From NCBI RefSeq assembly GCF_006345805.1, contig NC_042997.1, positions 201,872,001 to 201,936,000 of the forward strand: a stretch of DNA of 64,000 nucleotides, written 5' to 3'. Within the stretch, counting starts at the first letter, position 1. Each line of letters starts with the position of its first letter. Source of the stretch: Octopus sinensis. Lineage: Eukaryota. The notes below the pieces were generated by a model. That model was not told where the DNA came from. It saw only the letters and a program-made list of their open reading frames with translations, and did no database searches. The position numbers and the translations under genes are program-made. Shown in pieces: positions 46,723 to 58,925 of this stretch.

Positions 46723-49712
46723 TTTACATAAGCTGATTTTTATTGGTGACGTATTTTACAGGAAAAATGGAAAGAAAATGCATTTAAAATATAAAAAAAT
46801 CAAATCATCGTTAAAAAAAAACCCATACTACCTCACTAATGAAACAAAGAAACAAATGGTGGGGTGAGAATTAAGCAGTAGAAGATGGGGGTAGGCAATA
46901 GCAGGTTGCACACCCCAGAACAAACGGCTTATTAATTTTCTTTCTTCTTCCCTCTCTTTTTGCTTCCCATATATTTAAATCCTGATTCTGTGTTGCGTTT
47001 TACAGTTGTAAGCCTTGAGCTATGGTTTTTGGTTTAGTTTACCTCAACCAATTTTAGAAAGCTTGCTCCAAAGCCATGAGCATTGCTCCTTCCCCTGACC
47101 AAGTCATACAATTAAGACGAAAAATAATAGCAAAAATAATTTCCATCAGAATTCGGGAGACAGGCAGTGGAAATGTTAATGATTATTGTTTTAATGTCTA
47201 CTTTTCCACACTTGCATTCTTCTTCTTCTTCTTCTTCTTATCATCATCATCATCATCATCATCATTATTATTATTATTGCTGGATTCCATGGATTGGATA
47301 AAATTCACTGCAACAGATTTTCTGTGGTCAAATGCTCTTCCTGTCACTAACCCTCCTCAATTTCCAAGTGATAGATACCAGTGTTGTGCAAGTGGTACCC
47401 AAGCCAGTGACACATAAAAGCACCCATGACACTCTGAGTGGTTGGCGTTAGGCAGGGCATCTAGCCATAGAAACCATGCTAAATCAGACTGAAGTCTGGT
47501 GCAGCCTTTCACCTTGCCAGCCCTGGTCAAAACCATCCAACCCATGACAGCATGGACAACGGACATTAATGTATGTGAATGGTGCTTCTTTGCAACTATT
47601 ACATTATGTCAAGAGAAGGAGACACAAACATACAGATTATAAACTGACATACACATATGGCAGATACCGGTGTCATGCAAATGGAACATGCACCGGTGGC
47701 ACATAAAAGCACCCATTACACTTTCAGGGTGGTTAGTATCATGAAGGGCATCCAGCCATAGAAAACCATGCCACATCAGACTGGAGTCTGGTGCAGCCTG
47801 CCAGCTTACCAACCCTGGTCAAACTGTCCAACCCATACCAGCATGGACAACGGACGTTAAATAATGATGATGATGATATATACATGTATTTTTTTTTCTT
47901 TTACTTGTTTCAGTCATTTGACTGTGGCCATACCTTAAAGAGTATTTTAGTGGAAGAAATCAACCCCAAGACTTATTGTTTGTAAGCCTAGTACTTATTC
48001 TATCAGTTTTTTGCTGAACCACCAAGTTACAGAGACATAAATACACCAACACCAGTTGTCAAGTGGTGAAGTCGGGGGACAAACACAGACACTAAGACAC
48101 ATACAAACACACACACACTGAAGTATGACGATTTCTTTCAGTTTCCATTTACCAAATGCACTCACAAGGCTTTGATCAATCCGAAACTATAGTAGAAGAC
48201 ATTTGCCCAAGGTGCCATGCAGGGAGACTGAACCTGGAACCATGTGGTTAGGAAACAAGCTTCTTACCACACAGCCATGCCTGTGCCTATATATGTGCAT
48301 CTTATCAATAAGAACTTATGCCTATGTGAGCGTTTATATACATACACACACACACACACATACAAAAGGTTTCTTTCACTTTCCATCTACACAATTTACT
48401 CATGAGATTTTTGTTAGCCAAGGGCTATTAGTAGACACTTGCAAGTTGCTGCGCTGTGGGACTGAACCTAAAATTATGTGGTTTCGAAGCAAACCTTTTA
48501 AACACACAGCCATGATGTCTAACCTAGAATGTTGTTCATTAAAGAGTTTTTTTTTCTTTTTTTTTTTTTGTTTTGCTTTGAAATATGATAAATCCAAGTT
48601 CTGATGCTGATGTTTAAAGGGAGAGACAGACAAATAGACAGAAATAGAGAATGAGAGAGTGAGAGGGAGGGAGAGAGAGACGGACACACAGAGAGGAAGA
48701 TGAATAACTCGTTCAGAAAGTCTGGAATGGAATGGAAAATATTATTTTGTGGTCTTTTGAAATTTTTTCCCTGCATCAGCAAAATTCATTTCTCTGGAAT
48801 AATTAATGTTTCTGTGAACATGGTGGCATTATAATGATTGATATATTGATTGATATTGAAAAAAATTAATTTTTATTCTTACATTCTGTCTCCACATAAA
48901 CATATATTATCAATATTAAACACATAACAAATTCTTTCTTTTTTTTAAAAAAAAAAGAAAATGAAAAAACAAAAAGTAAAACAATTGTAAATAAGTGAAA
49001 TTATTATAGAAAAATAAAATCGGTCATTTTTACCCTTTGGTGTAAAAAATACATGCTTGCATTTTGTTTTTTAATCACTATATATAAACGTGTGTGTGTT
49101 TGTAGAAAAATATGTAGATGTGTTTATATTTATACACACACGCACATGTGTATGTGTGTAGAGATAAAATATATAATTGATGAATCTTGTTGCACTGGAG
49201 TTTCAAGAAAAGAAACTGGAAAAATTACTTTGTATAAATTTGCTTTTCTCAACATCATGCATTGGCAACTTTGCTTTCATTCTAAATTTCTTTTGATGAG
49301 GATCAGTGTTATTATTATTTACTTCTAATTTACATGTTTGTTACAATCACTTGCTGAGACACACCCAGCATCTTAGGGCGAGTGAAGGATAAAAGATGTT
49401 ACAGTATGACTGAAAGATTTGGGAGGGAAAGTGATAAGGGGCAGTAGCGAAATATATTCATGTAATACAACATAGACATTTAAATTGATAGGTTTTTCTA
49501 AGGATGTGGACAGTACTTGTCAGTACAATCTTTTGAATTTCTCTGAAACATGGTTCTCCTGGGATGTTTTTGACATCCCTTTCTTATCATGCCTAGGGCA
49601 TCAACAGTAACAGGAACAGTTCCTGCTGTAAGATGCCACATCTTTTATATTTCAATTTCTAGGTCCCTATATTTACTTAATTTATCAAATTTCTTTACAC
49701 TTATATCTATTA

Positions 49713-49812
49713 CATTATTTACATTTGACGGATGTTTGTCCTCATCTTGGGGACAAATATCCATCAAATGTAAATAATGCAAATAATTCCTCATCTCTTA
49801 AATATAGAACTG
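49713..49812. mobile_element. Miniature fold-back PLE-end insertion with 12-bp TSD
   Basis: TSD TTATATCTATTA (49701-49712) / TTACATCTATTA (49813-49824); hairpin CATTATTTACATTTGACGGATGTTTGTCCTC-ATCTT-GGGGACAAATATCCATCAAATGTAAATAATG; ends with TCATCTCTTAAATATAGAACTG like 12473-12568. Confidence 0.8.
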
Positions 49813-49899
49813 TTACATCTATTAGTTTACAGGTGGGAACACTTACATCTATTAGTCTACAAATATTTTCTTGCTTACCTTTAATGACTATGTCTGGTC

Positions 49900-49985
49900 A
49901 GTTGTTTTGTTGGTATTAACTGGAAAATCCCAGAGAATAGTTACATTTTTACCTTCAACAACTGACTCAGGATGATTATTATTGT
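49900..49985 (-). pseudogene. R4/Dong-like RLE fragment
   Basis: HPESVVEGKNVTILWDFPVNTNKTTDQT resembles the ILWDF motif upstream of the RLE PD; adjacent (AAT)n. Confidence 0.6.
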
Positions 49986-51325
49986 AATTATTATTGTTAT
50001 TGTCTAACTCAAGCACAAGGCCAGTCATTTTTGAAAGCAGAGCCTTGTGAGGTGATTTGATAGACAGAAACTGTTTGAAGCCCATTTTGTATGTGTGTGT
50101 GCATGCGTGCGTGTGTGCATGTGTGCATGTGTGCATGCATGCGTGTGTGCATGCGTGCATGTGTGCATGCATATGTATGAATGTATGTGCATGTTTGTAT
50201 GAATGTGTGTGTATGTATGGGTATGTATCTATGAATGTAAATATATGTATGCTTGCATATGTATGTGTATGAATGTAAATATATGTATGTACATGTGTGT
50301 GTGTGTGTATGTATGGGTATGCATGTATGAATGTAAATATGTTATCATGTTTGTGTATCTGTATGAATGGGTATGTATGTGTGAATGTAAATTATATGTA
50401 TGCATGTATATGTATGATTGTATGTACGTGTGCATATGTATGTATATGTATGAGTGTGAGTGTGTGTGAGTCCTTGTAAACAAACATTGTCATACAAGCA
50501 ATGTTTGTTTCCCATTTTCTGCGAGAAAACATATTTGGCCGTAGGGAAATAATTGCCTTGTTTGGAAAGAGGTGAGGGTTAGCAACAGAAAGAGCATCCA
50601 GCTGCAGAAAAATCTGCCTCAACAGATTTCAAGTGGCCCATGCACACACATATATATATAAATAAATAATCTTTAAAAGACAGAGTCATCAAATAGTTTA
50701 ATCTATTTCCTGGACCAAATTAAAATATTACACATAGATAGAAATACTGGCGTGGGATTATCAAATACTTGATATTCATAAGCATGTGAACTACATTAAA
50801 ATAGCTTCTTCACTCACCACCTCATCATTAAAACTCTGGCTGGTTATTCAGCAACATAAAGTGATCAACTTATAATTACAACAGTTCATTTTAAAAGAAC
50901 TTTGTAAATTTATGCAGAATCATGATAGTTTTGCTTCCAATTTCTCTTTGGTCTCTTACTCATTATCAAGGCACTGAATAAATGTGTTGAGAGTAATTTC
51001 AATGTTTGTGCAAACTGTTTATTTTTAGAGTTTTACATTCCAAGTGTGTCAGTCATCAATATTCATCATTAAGAAGGTTTATTGCATATAGGTGACATAA
51101 GTGTCCCATTCATTTATAGACTTTGAAGGATGTAAACATAACATGTTATAAATATATGCATGTTGATAGTTTGGGAATGTTTGTATGCCTAATGCTCTGT
51201 ATTTTGAATCTGATATCAAATGGCTGTTCAACTGTGTTACTTTGTAAGAAATAGCAAGTCTTAAAATTATATATATAGTTGAAAATAGTATCATTGAAAA
51301 CTATCATCAACTTCATCTTCATAGT

Positions 51326-51755
51326 AGGAGTGACTGTGTGGTAAGTAGCTTGCTTACCAACCTATCAACCACATGGTTCCGGGTTCAGTGCCACTGCGTA
51401 GCACCTTGGGCAAGTGTCTTCTACTATAGCCTCGAGTCGACTAAAGCCTTGTGAGTGGATTTGGTAGACAGAAACTGAAAGAAGCCCGTCATATATATGT
51501 ATATATATATATCATCATCATCATCATATAAAAATATATATTTGTGTCTGCGTTTGCCCCCCCACCCTCCGTATCGCTTGACAACTGATGCTGGTGTGTT
51601 TACGTCCCCGTAACTTAGCGGTTCAGCAAAAGAGACCGATAGAATAAGTACTAGGCTTACAAAGAATAAGTCCTGAGGTCAATTTGCTCGACTAAAGGCG
51701 GTGCTCCAGCATGGCCACAGTCAAATGACTGAAACAAGTAAAAGAGAGTAAAGAG
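51326..51755 (+). mobile_element. SINE family A
   Basis: Near-consensus complete copy. Confidence 0.88.
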
Positions 51756-52411
51756 TATATGTATGTATGTATGTGTGAGTGCACACACACATACATGTAT
51801 ATGATGGGCTTCATTCAGTTTCCACCTACCAAATTCACTCACAAGCCATTTGTCTGCCTGGAGTTGTAAAAGAAGCTACTTGCCTTACATTACATATAAT
51901 TGGCTAAACCCAAGTCACACATATTTCATATTCATCACAGAGAACTTTCCATGCGTAACTTGGATGTTTTTGTTTTCAAACTTAATTTTAAAACATATCT
52001 AATTTGTTATTCAGCAGCGCAAGTATAGGAGAAAAACTCGCTTGATAGTTATTCATATTTGATAGTTATAGAAAACTTTCTTGACAAGAAAGACATTGCC
52101 CAGACATGTGAATTAATGTGTTTATACGAAGGGTAAAAATATTGCTGAATATCCATTTAAAAAAAAATTTACCTGTGACCTCATTTTTCGTCATTTTAAG
52201 ATATTTTTGTCTTGAAAATGTTTGATTATATTAGGTATATTTTGATTTGTATTTTTTTTTGTTTGTTTGTTTTCTTGTTCCCCCCCCCCCTTTTTTTTTT
52301 CCTTTGATCAAAGCTCTGCCAGTTCTCTTTTGATTCTAAATCTTTATTGATAAGTCCCTTTGGCACTAAATATTCATTCAGTATAATAAATATGTTTAGC
52401 TTTATAAAAGA

Positions 52412-52442
<31 letters not shown>

Positions 52443-53518
52443 TTCTTTCTCTCTCTTACGAGAGTCAGAAAATTGCCAACACCCAAAATAATAAGACTTT
52501 TTCAAGAATAGATCAAAGTGACACTCCATATCAGTTAGTTTCTATCATATCACTACTTTCAGATCAGTTTGCATTGATAGACATATGGGGTTTTTTTTTC
52601 TTTTATTTGTGTCTGAGTTTTTTTTTTTGGAGGAGGGGGGGTGAAAGTCAATTGCAATCACCCCCACACCCCGCCCCCATCCAATTCAACGTCTACCGAT
52701 TTTTATCATTTGGTCAGTTCCATAAATCAACTGGGAGATCTATTAGTTCTGAATCCCCCCGAGGAAAAAAAATAAATCTTTCTTTTCAATGTCCCTCTTT
52801 TGCCTTTTCTTACTACGCTGCTTTCCTCCTGTACAATATTCGATTCATTCAGAAGAGATTTGTTTCATTGGAAAGAACTTTTCAAAAGCATATTACAAGT
52901 GTGTGTGTGTGTATGTGTGTGGTGAGGGGGGGGGCAGAGAAGATGTAGAGTGTGGAGTGGGGGTAGGAGAAACAATGAGAGAAGTTTGTAGAACAGTTGT
53001 AAATTAAATTTTTTAAACTCTTCATGAAAAATATTTTGCTGTAATAATTATTTTCATTTGAAATTAATTGTAATTAATTATTAAGGTGTTATTAAAAAGT
53101 AGTTCATTTTGATAACATTGTAATATTTTTATAGCTTTTTAATAACTGAATCTATAAAAAGGAACATTTTATTTTTAATTTTCTCTTTCTTTCTTCTTCC
53201 CTCTCTTTCTTCTTCCCATATATTTAAAGCATTAAGTACTTTGTTGTGAAATACATACAGGTGTGTGTGTGTGTACATGTACACATCACACACAAACACA
53301 GAGGCAAAGCATGGTTGCGTGGTGAAACAGTTCATTTTCCAACCATGTAGTTTCAGGTTCACTCCCACTGCACAGCCCCTTGAACAAGTGTCTGTAGCTA
53401 TGGCCACTGGCTGACCAAAACCTTGTGAATAAATTTAACAGATTCAAACTGAAAGACACATCTTTGTGTGTGTGTGTGTGTACATGTGTGTATGTGTATA
53501 TACATACAAATGTATCTT

Positions 53519-53558
<40 letters not shown>

Positions 53559-53609
53559 CAGATAGATATAGATATAAATATAGATAGAAATAGATAGATA
53601 GATATAGTT

Positions 53610-53800
53610 CAAATTTAAAGATAGGTGTAGGAAACAACAAGTAGGTGTATTAGTTTAATGCTCAGGAAAAATAGAAAAGTCTTTTATGTTTCAAGCCTAC
53701 GCTCTTCAGCAGAAAGTATTAAGAGGAGAAAAATGGATAGAGAATGAAAAAAAAGCAGAAAGATATATCTATATATATCAGACCTGCTTCTTTATGAATG
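53610..53800 (-). mobile_element. PLE-type repeat family P2
   Basis: Homologous to 13215-13405 (GAGCATTAAACTAATACA); contains a hammerhead-like motif. Confidence 0.65.
53681..53716 (-). ncRNA. Minimal hammerhead-like motif with non-canonical core (CUGCUGA)
   Basis: CTTT-CTGCTGA-A-GAGC-GTAG-GCTT-GAAA-CATA-AAAG: 4-bp stem I, 4-bp stem II (one G.U), A6 replaced by C. Confidence 0.6.
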
Positions 53801-53999
53801 CAGGGGTTGCAAAAGTAGGTATACAGTAAGTATCCCCAAACTTAATTTAGTAAAATTATTGACATATTAAATTAGTTAGCCTCATTTTTGATTATTAATC
53901 ATAATAAAATATTTATCATAACTATAATACACTTTTATTGTGCCCTTCCTAACACCATTAGTTTATAGCTCAGCTTATAGCTGTCTGTCAATTTTGATT

Positions 54000-54460
54000 A
54001 TGACGTTGTCCTCTGGGAGTCTTATCCTACTTTTTGTGAGTTGGTAGATGTGAAGACAGTCCAATCCTAGAATGGCATGTCCTTGAACACTGATGATAAG
54101 GGTTGTTGTCCATTATGTTATTGGTGAGTCTGATATGATGTTGACATCACTTTTCCTCGAGATTAGTTCAAAGTGTGCAGCTCCTTCATCGCAGAGGGAG
54201 AACCAGGTTCTGAGCAAAGTGTTCAAGCTGTGCCAGTTGTTATGTTGCAAGGACAAGCTTAAGATGGTCCCTGAACTTCTTCTTGGCTCCCCCATGAGAG
54301 TGAACATCCGTTGATAGCTCTCTGAAGAAGACCATTTCCAGGAGACGATTATCGGGCATCCTGACAACATCGCTGACCCATCTTAGAAGACAGCATTGGA
54401 TGATGGCTTCAATGCTGGAGAATTTCTCTGTGGGCGACCTTATCTTTCCAAGTAATGCAT
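54000..54460 (-). pseudogene. Old RTE/BovB-like ORF C-terminus
   Basis: ITWKDKVAHREILQH / SIEAIIQCCLLRWVSDVVRMPDNRLLEMVFFRELSTDVHSHGGAKKKFRDHLK... with frameshifts. Confidence 0.8.
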
Positions 54461-55944
54461 AAAATTCATTGGAGACTCTAAAGAGTATACCTAGTATTTT
54501 TTCATTTTTCTTTGTGATACTATCTCTAGAGAGGATAGAAGTAGATGTGACAGGGAGTGGTGGCTATGTGTGTGTGTGTATTCATGTTTAATGCTTGTAA
54601 TTTGATAGTAAAGTATTCAGCTAGTCTGTTTTGAAGGTGAAAGAATTTGTCAGAATATATGGTCGTGTTTAACTTTGTATCTCAAGCAAGCGTATGGGCT
54701 CACGTTAACATGATAGTAGATTCCTGCTAGCAAAGTTATGTATTATAGGGTCTCCAGTGTAGGCATCGAGGTCCATACAATACATGACTACAGGATACAT
54801 AAATCAGTATAGGGGCCCCTAAAGTGCCTGCTGATCTCATGCCTTAGATGGTGCTACTGCCAAGTGCAAAACCTTCTGGGAATTATTTTTAAATTTAACC
54901 CTCTAAGGGTCACTAAAGGTGTCTGAGCAGTATCTGGAGTATTATATTAAATAAACAGTTGTTTACTTACACAAAAACCTCTCTGTCTAAGAAACTAATA
55001 TTTTCACAGACAATTTGTGACCTAACCATAGGAAAATTGGTTTGTTGCCTATGTTCTTTGACAGTGTTACTATTGAAGAGAGTTAATTTATCTTTCATAA
55101 TATTTATTTTCTTGTTTTTACAACTCAATGAACACACTTCAAATAACAATTATATATTATTTTATTTATTTCCTGTATGCTTTAGAAATATTTTCACACA
55201 CACACACTCTCTCTCTCTCTCTCCCCACTCCTTTTCTCTCTTGGCTATAAAACCAAGAAGAGGAAATATTTAATTGTCATCATCATCATCATCATTTAAC
55301 ATCCGTTTTCTATGCTGGCATGGGTTGGATGGTTTGACAATAAGCCTGAGAGCTGCACCAGTTTCCAATTGTCTGTTTTGGCTTGGTTTCTACAGCTGGA
55401 TGCCCTTTCTAATGCCAACCACTTTACAGAGGGTACTGGGTGCTTTTTTATGTGGCATCAACACGTGTGATTTTTACATGGTGCCAGCACCTAAGAGTAG
55501 GTGTTGGCTTCCCGGCCATATTTTTTTCTGGTTCAGTCCCACTGCATGTCACTTTGAGCAAGTGTCTTTTACTAAAGCTCTGGGCTGAGCAAAGTACTAT
55601 GAGCGCACTTGATAGAAAGAAACTCAAAGAAGCACATCATGTGTGTGTCTTGTCTTGACATCATGACATGATGAACATCATTATGTAAACAGTGGCCCTC
55701 ATAAAAACATGTCTGACCATAGGTTAACGTTACCATACATGGAAACAGGTGAAGGCTGGCAACAGAAAAGGTATCCCGTTGTAGAGAATCAGCCTCAGCA
55801 GTTTCCATCTGACCCATGCAGGCATGTAAAGTAGATGCTAAAACCAATAGTGATGTTAGTGGTGGTGGCGGCGGTTGCTACTACTGCTGCTGCTGCTGTT
55901 GTTGTTGTTTTTCCTCCATCTTCCTCTTCTATTGGACTTTCTTC

Positions 55945-55980
55945 TGTTTCTGAAGAAGAGCTTTGCTCGAAACGTTAGCG
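55945..55980 (+). ncRNA. Minimal type I hammerhead-like motif (PLE-type family P3)
   Basis: TGTTT-CTGAAGA-A-GAGC-TTT-GCTC-GAAA-CGTT-AGCG: canonical core, perfect stem II, intact ACGT palindrome; 3' strand of stem I weak. Confidence 0.7.
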
Positions 55981-56065
55981 TCTGCTAATACTTTACATGT
56001 ACCAAGTCCTCGCGGGGTTGTTTTTTTTTTATGTTTGTTGTTCATTTTTTTTTGATTTTATATAT

Positions 56066-56210
56066 ATATTGTTATATTTCGGAATGGTCATTTTGCCAGT
56101 TTAGCCAATAAAAACACACGCACTATATATTTGGTGTTATTTATTTTTTGCATTAATCTTATTTTTATTGGCTAAACTGGCAAAATGACCATTCCGAAAT
56201 ATAACAATAT
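56066..56210. repeat. Perfect 49-bp inverted repeat with 47-nt spacer in a (TA)n tract
   Basis: ATATTGTTATATTTCGGAATGGTCATTTTGCCAGTTTAGCCAATAAAAA (56066-56114) and its exact reverse complement (56162-56210). Confidence 0.92.
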
Positions 56211-56256
56211 CTGTTTCAACACACGACTTCTCATAAAAAATCTTGCACAACAAATT

Positions 56257-56325
<69 letters not shown>

Positions 56326-57739
56326 TATATATATAGAGAGAGAGATAGAGATATGTGGTTGTGTATGTAACAAATACTTAACACAGATTATTTTCTGATA
56401 ATTAGTGGTTGTGTTTTAGAGTTTCTGGCTATTAATTGACATTGGTTTATAGCTGTATAACTTTAATTAAAACCCTTTCATTGCTTGTTCACGCTTCTGT
56501 GAGATGGCTAATTTAACATTGAACACCCACTTAGTTGCATATAGTAGTTCTCTGTTACATAATTCTTATATAAGAAATATAAAACACCAGAAGGGTTGGG
56601 AGAAAACGATCAGTTCTTTCAGATTTCTGTCTTTTTCCTAGCTTCTTCCTTGTGTTCATGAACTTTGTTACTAAGGGAGCCTCCCCATTGTTGTTCAACA
56701 TGCTAGAAATAACAACCAAATCTTCCCCAAATCATATATCCACCATCTTAAATAGGGGAAAGAACCATTTGATAGTATGTTCCTATAAAGAAAGATGGGT
56801 TGGTCATGGGTGGAATGCCTTTGATTATAAGGTTCTTCTTCATCAGCATTAACCTTGAAATAAACAATAGGTTTCATAGTCTTCGGCATGTAAAGTCTTT
56901 AGATATCTTTCTATCTTTTATTTGTTTCAGTCATTAGATTGTGGCAATGTTGGAGCACCGCCTGAGGAATTTCTAGTCAAATGAATTGACCCCCAGTATT
57001 TTGTTGTTTGTTTTTAAGCCTGGTACTTCTTCTATTAGTTTCTTTTGCTGAACCGGTAAGTTATGAGGACATAAACACACCAACATCAGTTGTCAAGTGG
57101 TGGTGAGGAACAGACGCACATGCACACACACAACACATACACACATACACAACCACACAACATGCAAACACACACACATACGCTCACACACAAACATAAC
57201 ACATACACAACACACATGCACACACACAACATACACACAACACACACACACACACAACATATACTACACACACAACACATGCGCATGCTCACACACACAA
57301 CACATGCAACACACACACAACACACACACACACATATACACATACATACATACACACACTCATACACACTCACACAAACACACACATACACACAACACAC
57401 AAACACAACACACACATAACACATACAACACACAAACACACACACTTATCCAACAGTCTTCTTTCAGTTTCCATCCACCAAATCCACTCACAAGTTTGAG
57501 GCTATAGTAGAAGACTCTTGCCCAAGGTACCACACAGTGGAGCTGAGCCCAGAAGCATGTACTTGGGAAGCAAGCTTTTTACTATACAGCCATGCACGCA
57601 TCTATATGTCTTATGTATGTCACTGTTTTATAGCATATATGATCTTTAAGCAACTTGAGTATATATCACTATTTATAGTTTCTAAAGTCCTTCAATATCT
57701 TCTGTTATACCACTGGTTTACAACAGGTGATGTCTTTAA

Positions 57740-57953
57740 CCCTTCTGATATCCAACCCACCCAAAACTACTCCTGCTTCTATGAAACCAATTCTCTCAAA
57801 ATTAAAACCCTCCATCAAAAGTTTCAGGTTAATTTATGTTTCAAACACTGACATAATACCAACCAGGGTATTTTTCTAATTTCTTCATTATTTTTCAAAA
57901 TTTTAATCGAAACAAAGACAATGTGCTTCACCAGAAAAACAGGAACAAAAGTG
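57740..57953. mobile_element. piggyBac-type MITE with TTAA TSD
   Basis: TTAA|CCCTTCTGATATC...GGAACAAAAGTG|TTAA; same family as 542-759 and 27887-28105. Confidence 0.65.
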
Positions 57954-58067
57954 TTAAGCAACTTCTGTATAATACTATTTATAGCATACAATATCTTGAG
58001 ATATCTGATGTATATCGTCATTTTACAGCATATACTGTCTGTAGACAACCTATATATATATATATAA

Positions 58068-58326
58068 AAATAAAAGTAAATGTGCCCTTTTAAAGCCTAG
58101 CCAGGCTCATGGGCCCGGTTTCCCAGTTTCAATGGCGTATGTGTTCCCCTGCTGGACAGGATGCCAGTCAATCGCAGCGTTACTCATTTTTGCCAGCTGA
58201 GTGGACTGGAGCAACATAAAATGAAGTGTTTTGCTCAAGAACACAATGCGTCGCCCGGTCCAGGAATCAAAACCACAATCTTACAATCATGATGCTGACA
58301 CCCTAACCACTAAGCCATGCACCTCC
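58068..58326 (-). mobile_element. tRNA-derived SINE, family D
   Basis: Minus strand GGAGGTGCATGGCTTAGTGGTTAGGG...TGATTCCTGGACCGGGCGACGC...TTGAGCAAAACACTT...CTCCAGTCCACTCAGCTGG; older copies at 13405-13630 and 58480-58670. Confidence 0.8.
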
Positions 58327-58715
58327 ACATATATATATATATATATATGTGCCAAGTAATATGATATATTTCATATCAAAACAGACACTCCCCTCATCAG
58401 GATGTTTTTTACACCAACCAGGCTGTCAGATGTTGTTACACACCGCAGGTTACAGTGCGCTTTTTGCATTGTTTTAGCCTTCATGTGCTGCCACCTCACT
58501 GGCAAAGTGAGCAGGCCAACATTCCCCTCCTGATCAAAAGGGGGATTGGAACAATGTGAAATGAAGAGTTTTGCTCAAGAACATGATGCACCACCCAGCT
58601 TGGGGATCAAACCCACAACCTTGTGATTGTGAGTGCAACAGCCTAACCACTAGGCCATGTACCTTCATATATAGCATATATATACACATAGCATATACAA
58701 TATTTTTATGTGTTT

Positions 58716-58925
58716 AAGGCGGCGAGCTGGCAGAAATGTTAGCACACTGAGCGAAATGCTTAGTGGAATTTCATCTGTCTTTAAGTCCTGAGTTCAAATT
58801 CCACCAAGGTCAACTTTGCCTTTCATCCTTTCGGGGTCAATAAATTAAGTACCAATTGAATACTGGGGTTAATCTAATCAACTGGCCCCCTCCCCAAAAT
58901 TTTCGGACCTTGTGCTTAGCATAAG
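58716..58925 (+). mobile_element. SINE family B
   Basis: AAGGCGGCGAGCTGGCAGAA head through CTTGTGC tail. Confidence 0.85.

Noticed and set aside
58360-58402. Minus-strand CTGATGAG...GAAATATA hammerhead-like string
   Set aside because: Neither stem II nor stem I can form.
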